Below are positions 1 through 12,166 of a stretch of DNA of 64,000 nucleotides, in pieces; position 1 is the first letter of the stretch; every line of letters begins with the position of its first letter. This DNA is from Octopus sinensis (taxonomy: Eukaryota). A program made the position numbers and the translations under genes. Below the pieces are notes generated by a model. The model made no database searches. It had not been told where the DNA came from and worked only from the letters and a program-made list of their open reading frames with translations. Where the stretch lies: NCBI RefSeq assembly GCF_006345805.1, contig NC_043003.1, positions 77,872,001-77,936,000 of the forward strand. Reading direction: 5' to 3'.

Positions 1-75
1 AGTATTGGGGTTGATGTAATCGACTTATGCTCTTTCCTGAATTTGCCGATCTTGTGTCAAAATTTGAAACCATTT
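1..75 (+). mobile_element. 3' fragment of OK-type SINE
   Basis: Matches the 3' part of the SINE copies elsewhere in the window (ggggttgatgtaatcgact...cttgtgtcaaaatttgaaacc). Confidence 0.6.
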
Positions 76-106
76 TCTAGTATTATTATATAATTATCAA
101 ACAGTT

Positions 107-860
107 TAGTACACAGACTTGCTTACCATTAATTCAGTTGAAAAGCGACTGAGAGAAACAGGACAAAAGATGCTAGATCTGGGATGAGGATTTAAGCTAT
201 GGTTCTTCCTCACATATCTGTGGACTCCCGGTTAGTCATTCTCAATAAACTGGTCTACAATTTCCTCGGTTTGGTGATGACATTACAGCCCTGATTCTTT
301 TTAATGTGTTAGTTCAACTCTAGGATCTTCAGGAATTTTCGGACTTGTTACTGTGCTAACTCCTGTAGCTCTTCAATTGATAAACTGTGACTGAAACTGT
401 TTCAGTACCTCGAAACTATCCGTTTTGATAGTTTACATTCTTTCTTCATTGTCAACCAACGATCGGAGAGTTGCCTCTCCAACAGCTGGCAACTTTCTGC
501 TAATGCTACTAACCCGTCACATTATCCAACAGTTGGTGAGTTGCCTACACCAATTGTTGAATGTTTGTTTTTACCAAAACTTGGAGAGTTGATTTCACCA
601 ACATTTGGAGAGTGACTGCTACTGCTATTAACATAATGCCGTCACATCATCCAACAGATGGTGAGTTAACCTAAAGCAACATCTGGATGTTTGTTTACAC
701 CAACGCTTAGAGAGTCGATTGTACCAACATTTAGAGAGTGACTGCTACTACTAACATAACGCTGAGGAATTTGAATAGGCTAACGGAACTAGTATAACTA
801 GATATTTCCCAGACTGATTTTCTTCTGAGGATGAGCCTTCGCGCCTGAAATATAAAGGTT
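107..860 (+). mobile_element. Decayed Penelope-like 3' end (GIY-YIG remnant, repetitive 3' UTR, hammerhead-like motif)
   Basis: The + frame reads YTDLLTINSVEKRLRET...YLWTPG*SFSINWSTIS, resembling the GIY-YIG YIG-T..R..EH and H..G H.F.W motifs. A CTGAGGA...GAAATATA motif lies at 821-858. Many stops. Confidence 0.4.
514..762. repeat. Two diverged tandem copies of a 125-bp unit built from ~21-nt CCAAC-N3-TGG subunits
   Basis: ccgtcacat(t/c)atccaacag starts at 514 and at 639. Confidence 0.85.
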
Positions 861-919
861 TTATGAAACTTACCGCATTATCAGAAGCTTTCCTATTTTC
901 CCTTTCCCCTTCTGATATA

Positions 920-1445
920 TGTATATAATTATGAACAAAGTGATTCGGAAATTGATGTTCTGGATCGGAACAAGTGGAGAGGTACTATTAGGGATGGATT
1001 CAACGCATGGGAGGAAAGCATGATTCACCACTCTGAGCTTAAAAGGTCTGCCGCAAAGGAACAATTAGAACTGAAATCAACAGTGAACATTGGATATGTT
1101 TTGTATCATCGTGTTCTGTGAATCATATGAAAGCACATGAAAATCGAAATGCCCGGGTAGGTAATAATCTTGAACCCCCAACCGCCTCTTGCGAATTATG
1201 TCATATGTCACAAAAGTTGGAAGACAATATCTGGACTTAAAAGACATGCTAGCTCACAAAAACATTCCTTCAAAATCAGATTCTAAAGGGCAAAGATGTA
1301 GAAGAAACTTGAATAATATGCCATTTGCGTTTTAGATCCTGTCAGTCAGCAGTTGGTCTTAAAAATCATCTGAGGGCTCATCAACGGAGTGATTGTGTTG
1401 TGTGATGGGGTGTGGTATGTAGGTTGATGGGACGACTATCATCTG
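920..1445 (+). mobile_element. 3' end of RTE(BovB)-type LINE with C-terminal C2H2-like fingers, decayed
   Basis: DRNKWRGTIRDGFNAWEESMIHHSELKRSAAK is a typical RTE C-terminus. It is followed by ...VNHMKAH, ICHKSWKTISGLKRHASS and CHL..FRSCQSAVGLKNHLRAH, with frameshifts. Confidence 0.7.
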
Positions 1446-1455
1446 TCAAGATGAA

Positions 1456-1472
1456 GCAATCATCATATATAC

Positions 1473-1562
<90 letters not shown>

Positions 1563-1588
1563 GTATATATATATATATATATACATTA

Positions 1589-1660
<72 letters not shown>
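1456..1660. repeat. (TA)n microsatellite
   Basis: Direct reading. Confidence 0.95.
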
Positions 1661-1666
<6 letters not shown>

Positions 1667-2228
1667 TAATACATACAAACATAAATACCTGGTTGATGTT
1701 GAAACCGGTTCTTTCTCTATTGGCACGAAATCTTGAAATAAGCTAAATAATGACATACGTACATACATACATACATACAATCCTGACTGTCACCCTTACA
1801 CACATGATCAAGCCTATGGACAAGTGTTCCGGGTGCATCTTTGCTTGACTCTCAGCTTCATCCTCCATCTTAAATGTTAGCTAGACGGTATCAAACATTG
1901 CTCTACTCTTTGTTATCAGCTTGGACTTTCCTTAACTGGTCTTTTAAGAGTATGGAAAAGATGCCTGCCTCCTTTTGTCAGTCAGAGATACATTAATTTT
2001 CGCTTTGCCCACTCCGAAACAAACTTTTCGAGCGAGTTATTATGAGCGCAACTTTGTCATTCTTCTATTTCGAAATGTCTCTTACACAATTAGGGACAGA
2101 AAGTTCAATGTATTTAGGTCAAAACCGGCAAAACTGGCAAACTCGTCAAAATTGCCTCATTTGAGTATTTATTGCTCGGTAATATTTATGTCTTTGAGTT
2201 GGTGTCATTGTTGTTGTTATTGTTATTG

Positions 2229-2418
2229 TTACGCAACAAGACGGGTAAAGGTGATTAGGTGATGGTCTAGGGCTTAGGGGGTGGGAGACCCCAGACCTTG
2301 GAAAAAAAACAACTTTGGTCGTCTTGTTATAGTCGAGGGCTCTTCGTTGACGCCCGACATCACTGGGAGGTGGCCCTCGAAGTCGCTGGAAATGGAGATC
2401 TCCAGGTCCAAATTCTTG
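2229..2418 (-). repeat. Unclassified ~190-bp dispersed element, copy A (copy B at 58997-59187, opposite strand)
   Basis: The reverse complement aligns along its whole length with 58997-59187. Confidence 0.85.
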
Positions 2419-3024
2419 AAAGGCTACTGCTACTGCCGCCGATACTTTCGACATCTTTGCTATTGCCACTAGACCAACCATCTTTCAAGATCACTTGAAT
2501 TAAAGTTTTCTGCGTCTAGGAAATGTATGTCTGGCTGGAAAAGAAGCTTGCTTATACTTCCTTTTTTTATTGGCATTGTTCCATTTACTTGATATCTTCA
2601 TTAATCTGATTAAACAAAAACGCCGACTAATATGTTCAAATAAAGTTAATTTTTATAATTTTTCTTAAAAATAATTTAATAAAATTTACTTATCCAGTGA
2701 AATAGTTTTGTAAGTAGGTAACGAACTGGCAAAATGGTTAGAGCGTCGAACGAAATCATAGCGGCCTTTCTAATTCAGGCGCCTTACATTCTGAGTCCAA
2801 AATCCCACCGAGACTAACTTTACCTAAAAACCCTAATCTAGTGCGGTTGATTGATGGAAACTTGAGAAAACTGGAGTAGATTGTCATGTGGTATTTGCTT
2901 CAGCTTTTTTCATTCTGAGTTAATTCGTCCTCTAGTTAATATTAATAATAACCACTTAACAAGACTCCACTGATTACGCTGTTCATCATCATGTTGTAAA
3001 TAAATTTACGGCCTATTTGAAGGA

Positions 3025-3790
3025 GATGAGCTTGTAGAATTATTACTGCACCGGGCAGAATGCTTAGAGGCATTTCGTCCGTCTTTAAGTTCTGAGTTCA
3101 AATACCGCCGAGATCGAATTTGCCTTTCATCCCTTCGGAGTCGACAAAATAAGTACCAGTTGAACACTGGGGTTAATATAATCGATATAATCCCTCCCCT
3201 GAAATTGCTGGCCTCGTGTCAAAATTTTTTTAAAAATCAATATTACGGCCATTTGCTTTCTAAAATTGTATCCCACTAAAGTCAGCTTTGCCTTTGGTCC
3301 GTCCGGCATGAAAGTTATTTATGAGCCAAATATTATAATCAGTCAAATACTGAAGTCAATTTAATCGCTTCATCGATGGAGTTGTGTTTATATTAGAAAG
3401 CAGGTTTAAGGCAGCGAGCTGGCAGAAACGTTAAGCACGCCGGGCGAAATGCTTAGCGGTATTTCGTCTGCCGCTACGTTCTGAGTTCAAATTCCGCCGA
3501 GGTCGACTTTGCCTTTCATCCTTTCGGGGTCGATTAAATAAGTACCAGTTACGCACTGGGGTCGATATAATCGACTTAATCTGTTTGTCTGTCCTTGTTT
3601 GTCCTCTCCGTGTTTAGCCCCTTGTGGGTAGTAAAGAAATAGGTATTTTACTCGTCCTTAGGTTCTGGGTTCAAATGCTGCTGGGGCCTTTCATCCTTTC
3701 GGGATCGATAAAACAAGTACCAGTTGAAGACAAGGTCGATTTAATCGACTTAGCCCCTCCCACAAACTTGCTGACTTGAAACCAGTATCA
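3025..3790 (+). mobile_element. Three head-to-tail OK-type tRNA-derived SINE copies (full copy 3408-3643 with Tx1-like tail)
   Basis: gcgagctggcagaaacgttagcacgccgggcgaaatgcttagc...gagttcaaattccgccgaggtcgactttgcctttcatcctttcggggtcgat...aagtaccag; A/B-box-like head. Confidence 0.85.
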
Positions 3791-4299
3791 GAAAGCAGCT
3801 GGAATTCTGGATCATAGAGGTCACAATATTTTAACATTGCAGACGTGTACTGAGTACGAAGCAACTCATCCAGAAAGCGTCTCCCTCTTTTCTTCCGAAT
3901 CATGCCTTACCACTAAAAACTAATGAAACTGATGATTATGCTGAAATGAACTATAACACATAGTATTTATTGAACAGATAACTGGAATAGATTATTTCTA
4001 AGTTAAAAGACTTTCGCTTAGACCCGACTCATCTCTGATTTGATGCGAGTTATCGTTATAGGAAATATAAAGAGTATTATTACTACATTTCTGTAAATGA
4101 AACAGGTTTAGCAAAGACAAAGTAAGACGGAAAATGAGTTACTTGCATCCTACTTTCTAATGTTCATATTTTAGTATGCCACCTATGACAATATATAACA
4201 TGTATTACTTCATTTCCGGGTGATAAACAATTGTTGTGCACAAAAAGACTATATGCAAAAAAATAAAAGTAAAAGATGTGAACGCTCTGAAGACAGGAA

Positions 4300-4910
4300 C
4301 AATTTCCTTTAAAAGATTATTTATTAATCTTTTTCTACCGTCCATTCATTGTAGACTTTATTGAAGTAGACAGCTTTCTTTTTTTACCGTAAGAATTTTT
4401 GTGTAGGCAATCGAATTGGAATGTAATCTTTTGATGCCAATATTTCAAAGGATTCCGTTTTGAACTTCTGGTTTATTATCAAGAAAATCCAATGATAAAA
4501 GGTGACTTATCATTCAGCAGCGAGAATAGCAAATGGTCGCAATCTAACTCCATCATTTCCCCTTTCGTGCATAAATATGTGCCATCCATCTGAAGACAGA
4601 AAAGAATTGCAGTAGAAAGTTGATAATATTTTCACTAAGAGACAATTATTATTTTTCTTTCGAAAAGACTTTCAACATCAGTTCCGGTTAATTGTCCTTC
4701 AGAATGCAACAGATCTACTTGGTTCTTGAAGTTGTAAATCGAAAAAGTCACATTCTTTGAACTATAAATGCAAAAAGCTTATCTTTAAAGAGCTCACTTC
4801 TTCGACATTTTGTCCGATTTCTATTGCGACAGTTGCCGTTGTTCCCATTGCGATTTGTGTAGGTGTAGCCACTATATAGATTATTCAGGGAATTGTCTTC
4901 AATATTATTT
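4300..4910 (-). pseudogene. Possible decayed Ig V-set-like coding exon
   Basis: Across frameshifts and stops it reads IVATPTQIAMGTTATVAIEI...SKNVTFSIYNF...LFERKIIIVS..NFLLQFFSV..DGTYLC. The 5' end is cut by a SINE. Confidence 0.3.
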
Positions 4911-4914
4911 ACTA

Positions 4915-5130
4915 GAATAAGGTGACGAGCTGGCAGAATCGTTAGCACTCCGGCCAAAATGCTTAGCAACATTTTACCCAACTTTACGTTCAAATGCCGT
5001 CGAGGTCGACTTTACATTTCATCCTTTCCAGGTCGATAAAATAAGTACCAGTTGAATACTGAGGTCGATGAAATAGACTAGCCCCTCGCTCATAATTTCA
5101 GGCCTTGTGCCTATAGAAGAAGGGAAATTA
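4915..5130 (+). mobile_element. OK-type SINE
   Basis: Same head and core as 3408-3643, with the alternative aaatttcaggccttgtgcctatag tail. Confidence 0.85.
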
Positions 5131-5599
5131 TTTGCTAGAATCACAAGTGCGTTGGATAGAAATGCCTTGCACCCTTTAGTTAAAATACTGAGCTCAAATC
5201 TCAGCGAAGAAATTATAAGGTTGCAAAATTTTCGACTACGCTGTCATTACTCTGTATGTTGGTGAGTGTGTGTAGGTGTGCGTGTACATTTGCACATGTG
5301 TATGCATTTTCATATGTGAATGCACATGTGTATGCATTTTTGTGTACCAATGACCAGTATCGAATCCCGCAGATAGAGTATAAGGAGTATTTATGCATAC
5401 ATACGTAATATATACATAAATGTTCGCGCGCGCGCGTGTGTGTTTGTCATTATTCAGTTTAGTTTAAGATTTCTTGCCAATAGAGAAAGAACCAGATTCT
5501 AACCTAGATACAAGGTTCCTTCACTGGAGATTCAACAACAACAAGGTATTTTTGTATGTATGTATGTATGTATGTATGTATGCATGTATGTATGTAATA

Positions 5600-7900
5600 A
5601 TCTCAGGTATCCATTGGCTGCCAAGGAATCGGATAACAACCCTTCCCATATGTACCTACAACTGCAGGTGTTTGGCAGGGAGAACCGGAGTGGCCCATTT
5701 AATGGAAGAGAAAATGAAAAATCAAATGTGATGTGCTAAGGCTCTATGAAACACGTCGAAGGAAATAAATAAATGTGAGATGAACAGATGGAAGTGTCAT
5801 GAGACTGGGAAAACAGAAGGTACGAGAGCTGCAATAGGTATAGGGTTCGTCGTAAGAAAAAAATATATTTCGAAAATTGTTTCTTGCCAATTGCCTTCAT
5901 CATGCTTCGGAGTGCTAAGCGTTCATCTCTTAAGAAATGCCACTCTGAAAATCATCCAAACCTATGCTCTCCAAAATATGGGCGAACACGACGAAGTGGA
6001 AGAATTCTACCAAGAGCTAGAGAAAGCGCGTGCTCACAAATCCACTTATACTATAGTGGTGGGAGATTTCAACACAAAGATGAGAAAAGGACGACGGGAA
6101 GAGAAATATGTTAGTAATTTTGGATTAGAAAGAGAAACATAAGAGAAGAACGTCTTGTTACCAAAGTAGACACAAAAAGACTTTACATGGGAACAGCCTA
6201 TAAAGGAAGAAGCCCGAAAGGAGATGGATTTGGTTAGCCCCAAACGCTCAACACAAAAATATTATTGACTACATCCTGGCCGAGGAACTGCACATACTGC
6301 TGGATCTCTCAGTAGTATTGTCATTAAACACAGGTAGTTATCATCCTTGATACGAGCGAAGATTGTGATCAATGAAATGAGAATGAAAAAGACTGCACAT
6401 CTCAATGAAAAAATCAACGCATCAAGGCCTTTGGTGTAAAACAGTTGCAGGAAGTTATGAAGAAGGAAATTTGGAGTCAATTTGACGATCTCGATGAGGA
6501 CTACAATTTACAGGTCGAGAAAATTAAAAGCTGCATATGGAAAGCTAAACCTGTAAGCTAGCGGGAGCCTGAAGAAAGAATCTCGGAAGAGACGAAGAAA
6601 ATACTAGAGAAGCGGAAAACTATAAGGAGGAATATAAAAGATCACCACAAATATTCTGTTTTCTGCAAAACGATCACACAACATCTAAGAAATGACTTCG
6701 AGAAATATAGACTGAAAATATTAATGCAGGCTGCAGAATAAAGAAAAACTTTAAAAGATGCAGAAGAAGGTTGGCACTCTATAGATCAAAGGCGACGGCG
6801 CTTAAGAACAAGTATAGGCTCATGAAGACAGACAAAGGGTAGATCGAAGAGGTATGCAAAACCTCCTACACAAACCTTTTTAAATCATCAGTGAAACTCG
6901 ATCCCTCACTACCACAAATGTTGGTAGAAGCGTCACTTATTCTTATCAGTGAAATTGAAAATGCCCTCAAACGGATGAAAACAAAGCTCCCAGGCAAGAT
7001 GGTATTACAACAGAGATGTTAAGACGTGGAGTTGAAGAGCTGTGGAAAATAGTAATAGCTATAGTACGATAGGTCACATATTTACCCTATCAAAACTCAT
7101 AGAAGGAGCAAACGAATAAAAGCTTCCTTTGTGTATCGCTTTTTGATTACGATAAGGCCTTCATTAGAGTCGAGATGAACGCAGTATTGAAATGTCTAAC
7201 AATGCAAGGTGTAAGGTGCAATACATCAACCTGCTCAGAGATGTGAACTCTAGATGCACAACAGATATAGCTCTACTATCGCCACCAGGTAGGACCCCAA
7301 ATGAGAAGGGTGTCAAGCAAGGAGATACCCTCTCTCCAAAGCTCTTTACTGCATATCTAGAAATAGTCATCAAGGACATTGACTGTACAAGTGACGCGAT
7401 CATCAATGGTGAGGAACTAACACACCTCCGATTTGCAGATGACATTGTACTCATCGCTGAAAAACCCACAGACCAGTTGCAGACTATGCTGGCAGAGCTG
7501 GACACTCCAGAGATTAGCAGTAAGTCTTAAAATAAACCGCATGGAAATGAAATATATGCAGTCGGAAGATGTAGCACAAGGCCGAATAGAGGTGGAAAGT
7601 GATGAAATCGTGGAGGTAAAGAAGTACGTCTACTTAGGGCACACGGTGAATATGCGCCGAGATATGGATGCTGAAATCACAAACAGAATAAGGTTAGGAT
7701 GAGAAACAAAGCTAGACAATACTATACGTGCAACAATCTTGAATAGCACCTTCATACTTGCGCTCTTATGCCAACATCTATTGGCTGCGGCACAAGAGAC
7801 CATGGAAAGAGCGATGATAGATTATCACTTTGAGAACACGTTCGAAATTAGATAATTCGAGAATGGGGTGGAGTGAACGATGTGATCACAGAATACGGAA
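5600..7900 (+). mobile_element. Decayed RTE-clade LINE (AP endonuclease + RT)
   Basis: EN motifs GIGFVV, IIQTYA and IVVGDFNTK (5780-6142). RT motifs GVKQGDTLSPKLF, LRFADDIVL and YVYLG (7192-7702). Many stops and frameshifts. Confidence 0.9.
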
Positions 7901-7994
7901 AGCACACGTTAAGTACTAGAATCCTTTTAATGGATTACATCTCACTCTACATAAAACTTAGAGTTTTGTATCATTATTAGAAATCAATATAAGA

Positions 7995-8205
7995 CGGCTA
8001 GCGGGCAGAATCGTTAGCTTGCCGAGTAAAATGCTTAGCGGCATTTCTTCCGTCTTTACTTTCTCGGTTCAAATTCCGCTGAGGTCGATTTTGCATTTTA
8101 TCCTTTCGGGGTCGATAAATAAGTACCAATTGAGCACTGGTGTCGATGTAATCCACTTAACCCTTCCCCAAACTTGCTGGACATGAGCCAAAATTTGAAA
8201 CTATT
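7995..8205 (+). mobile_element. OK-type SINE
   Basis: Head and core match the other copies. Confidence 0.8.
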
Positions 8206-8829
8206 ATTAGAAATCATTATTCCTAATTACTAAAAAAAATATATCGTTAATCAGCAAAAACTGTTGAGTGCGAGATAGTGCTTTCTGGTATTTTGTTGCG
8301 TTCATGTACGTTTTAAGAGAAAAAAATCCTGCCAGAATTTTACCTTGCCTTTTATTCAGCAGGCACCCATAAAATGGATACCAGTAAACTACTGGGCTGT
8401 AGTAGATCATTCATTTCACTCGAGATTTATGACCTTGTAGCCCTTTTTAGGCATAATATTTCAAGTTGTTATTCTGAGAAGTCAAATTCGAATGTTCTCG
8501 TGTAGGGTTAAGATATATTTCATTTCTCTTATTCGTACTTTTGTACAGTACATCAAGACATTCAAAAGGATATCTCTGTTAGGTTCAAGACATTTAAGAT
8601 TTAGCTGATTTTTGCCGTCTATCTGGAACCTACTCACGAAACGACTGCATAGATTCATATCTGCAAGTGAAATATTAGAATTCTAAAGAGAAACAGTCAA
8701 AAGCATATAACCTCACTGATTTCACATCCATTCCTTCTTCTGCACAATCATGTGTTCTTACTCTTTATTATTTCATGCATTTAACATGGAAGATAAACCT
8801 TTATAAATTGATGAATTCAACGATATATC

Positions 8830-9404
8830 TATTGAAATACAGATATACACATATACGTGTATACATATATACACATATACATGTATACATATATACACAT
8901 ATGCATACATATATGCATACACAGACATATACATTCACACACGCACATATATGTGTGTGTATGTATGCATGTATGTATATATGAATGTATGTATTCATAC
9001 ATGCATAAACATATACATGCATATTGAGTCCCATATATGTGTACAAAGTCTAACATACACACATACATACGTATATACAAGCATGCATGCATACGTCCGT
9101 ACATACGAACGCACATACATACGTACGTAAGTACATACGAACATACATGTACGCATTCATGCATGCATGTATGCATACATACATTCATACATACATACAT
9201 ACATACATACATACATACATACAAACATACATGCATACATACATACATACATACATACATACATACATACATACATACATAACTCGCCAACGAAAAGGCA
9301 ACCTGTTAAAATAAAGTCTAAAATTCCAATGAAGAAGAAAATACACACAGATGCAAACAAATACACATGCACACACATATTAACATGCACTCATATACAC
9401 ATAC

Positions 9405-9439
<35 letters not shown>

Positions 9440-9610
9440 GGTAGGCAAGCAGGCAGACATACAGACAGAAATAGACAGACAGAGAGTGAGAGAGAGAAAC
9501 AAATAAGTACACTCACGTAAACACATATATATGCATACATACACGCGTACACACATGCGTACATTTATGTCATACACATACACATCCATAGATATACAAA
9601 TGCTTATAGA
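8830..9610. repeat. Compound (TACA)n/(CA)n/(GACA)n microsatellite field
   Basis: Direct reading. Confidence 0.9.
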
Positions 9611-10026
9611 CATACAAGAAACATCAAATTAATAAAATATAGAAAGTGTAGAAATGGCTGGTTTGTCATTTATCTCAACCCCTTGGGTCATTTTATTTCT
9701 AAATACACTTCATTGGAAATGTGTCTTCAGAACAGACACTTCTGATAATACACTATGAAGACATAACAGTATGTTTTTACAAATATGTGTATGTATATAT
9801 GCATGCATATGTACACAGACAGTCTATTTTTAAACACGTTATTCAATGTGTAGTGTGTTTTTTTAAGCTTGGTGACAGATTTGAAAGGAAGATGTGGTTG
9901 TTGTTACGACCAGGTAAAAGTTCTCTTATTGACCAAAACCTGGTGTGATTTACGTATCTTTTTCTCTAGACTGTTGTTTGTACTTTGCTTTCAAAGACGA
10001 CTAAAATTTCACTTTTCATACACTAC

Positions 10027-10371
10027 AGTAGCAGACGATACAGCTACGCAGACAACCAGAAATTTATGACTGGTATGGCTTATATTACATTTCCATGCTA
10101 TGAAACTATGAAAGAGAAGATATTTCATGGTTGCTAATGTGTGTAACACCATGACCGCCGCAAAATGTCTTCTGTCTCTCTGTGATCTGAAAACGCTCTA
10201 TAGTAGCAGACGATACAGCTACGCAGACAACCAGAAATTTATGACTGGTATGGCTTATATTACATATCCATGCTATGAAACTATGAAAGAGAAGATATTT
10301 CATGGTCGCAAATGACTGACACCATGAGAGCAGCAAAATGTCTTCTGTCTCTCTGTGATCTGAAAACGCTC
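10027..10371. repeat. Tandem duplication of a ~172-bp unit (10027-10198, 10202-10371) at the 3' side of a Penelope remnant
   Basis: agtagcagacgatacagc...ctgtgatctgaaaacgctc is present twice and nearly identical. Confidence 0.9.
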
Positions 10372-10374
10372 GAG

Positions 10375-11350
10375 TCCAGACAATGGATAGGGCTGCATCG
10401 GATAACCAGTCTCATTATCTCGTATTTGACTTCCAGGACCAATGTAAACTAGCCAAAACAATTGGGAGTATATTCGGGATAAAATGAGTTGGCCATAGTG
10501 AACATCTGATGTGCTCTGATGTATGTCCCCTACAACAACATTGTTGGGTATTGCCTTTCTGCTTGATGACACGTGACCTGTTATTGTTGGATTTCCTCAG
10601 CACACTCAATCCAGACTTCCCCTGCATCTTAAACACACTATTAGATTCACCCTCCCCAATTCAACCTCTTTTGACAGGTTTTGTCTCTCACGCCACGCGG
10701 TATCCAAAAATCGCCCTCCTTACCATGTTAAATAGGATTGTTTGTTTAGTCGCCGGTGACTCGACTATTCAGCAGGTTATACGTATTGGTTTCATGTTAT
10801 CAGTAGTGCTCACGATTAGCCTGACATATTTTGCCCCCGATATATCAGATAAAGCTGACAAGGGACGAGCTAAGACCTATTGATCTGACTGCTACGTTTA
10901 ATATGTCGAGCGACGTGATAGAGGCTTCTTCATTGGCTTCAATGCATTTTATTGTTGATGTTTAGTCCTAGCTCATCCCTGAATAGACATAGCTATGATC
11001 AAGCCTTTTCCAGCTGTAACTGCCCTTTTTGTATATCTAAGAGGACATTAACAAGTGTGGCATTCATATTTGAACACAGTGGATGGGATCTGAGAGAGAT
11101 TTGGTAACTATTTCTAGCAGATTGGTCTACTATGTAAATGCTCCTTATAGTTCCAAGTGATTTCCACAATAGTGTTGGGTAAAGCATATTCGATCAGGGC
11201 ATGATATTTCTTGTTTCTCTGCATGTATCAGTGGTGATGCTATATCCCAGCACAATGTTTGACGGTATTGTATATCCAATATAGTGTTCATTGAAATCAC
11301 ATGTTCCAATATAATGTAAGGAGGAAATGTGTGTCACAGAATAGTGCTAG
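10375..11350 (-). mobile_element. Decayed Penelope-like element (RT thumb to GIY-YIG)
   Basis: Minus frames read QYRQTLCWDIASPLIHA, TSTIKCIEANEEASITSLDIL (cf. HPTIKFT.E.E....FLD) and SRIYSQLFWLVYIG. Confidence 0.6.
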
Positions 11351-11933
11351 TAGCAAATCGAATCTTCCATACTGCTGATAGTTTTATAAATGCCTATATT
11401 AGGTATTTCGTAAAAATTGGGTTCGTTGTTATGTATTAAACTCGTTTGGCTTTGCGGGCCAGACTGAAGCATAAACTAGATCTTACAGGTCGAAAGAGAC
11501 TGGTAGAATAGATACCACATTAAAAAAATATATTTTGGTCGATTTATTCGATTAAGGACCTTCAAGGCAGTGCCCAACTCATGGCTGCAGTCCAATGAGT
11601 GAAACAAATAAAAAGATAAAAGATTGTACGTTAAATAGAATTCTGCAAATTGTTGAAAACTAAAACTGACTAAAATAGCAAACATCTAAACAAGATATTT
11701 AACCATAGAAACTTGTATGTGAGCAGTGGTGCGTTTCAGTAGATGGATGACCCTATTTCCTTTCCGAATATGATTGGCCTTTGGCTTCTTAGTGAAATGC
11801 TTATCTGCCTTTTGACAAGTTTGTTTCTTCTTTTGACCAAGATAGGGGAAGAGTTAACCGCGGAAACCCCAATCACAAGAAAGTTGTATAGGGTTATGTA
11901 GATACCTTTAGAAGATATAGCTTGAGCTATATC

Positions 11934-12166
11934 AAGGCGGTGAGCTGGCAGAATCGTTAGCACGCCGGGCGAAATGCTTAGTGGTATTTCGTGAGCCTCT
12001 ACGTTCTGAGTTCAAATTTCGCCTAGGTAAACTTTGCTTTTCATCCTTTCGGGGTCGATTAAATAAGTACTAGTTACGCACTGGGGTCGATATAATCGAC
12101 TTAATCCCTTTGTCTGTCCTTGTTTGTCCCCTTTGTGTTTAGCTCCTTGTGGGCAATAAAGAAATA
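11934..12166 (+). mobile_element. Full OK-type SINE with Tx1-like tail and 19-bp TSD
   Basis: agaagatatagcttgagct occurs at 11910-11928 and 12167-12185. Confidence 0.9.

Noticed and set aside
127-844. Minus-strand exon (acceptor at 845, donor at 126) encoding SPxVG repeats
   Set aside because: Stops in all frames, including the same stop in both repeat units.
1090-1405. Host C2H2 zinc-finger gene
   Set aside because: No TGEKP linkers; contiguous with an RTE C-terminus and frameshifted.
8638-8682. Possible 45-nt minus-strand micro-exon with AG/GTGAG boundaries
   Set aside because: Splice-like signals are common at this AT content and no partner exons were found.
10027-10371. CRISPR-like array
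   Set aside because: Two long near-identical units with no repeat-spacer alternation, in a eukaryotic context with no cas genes.
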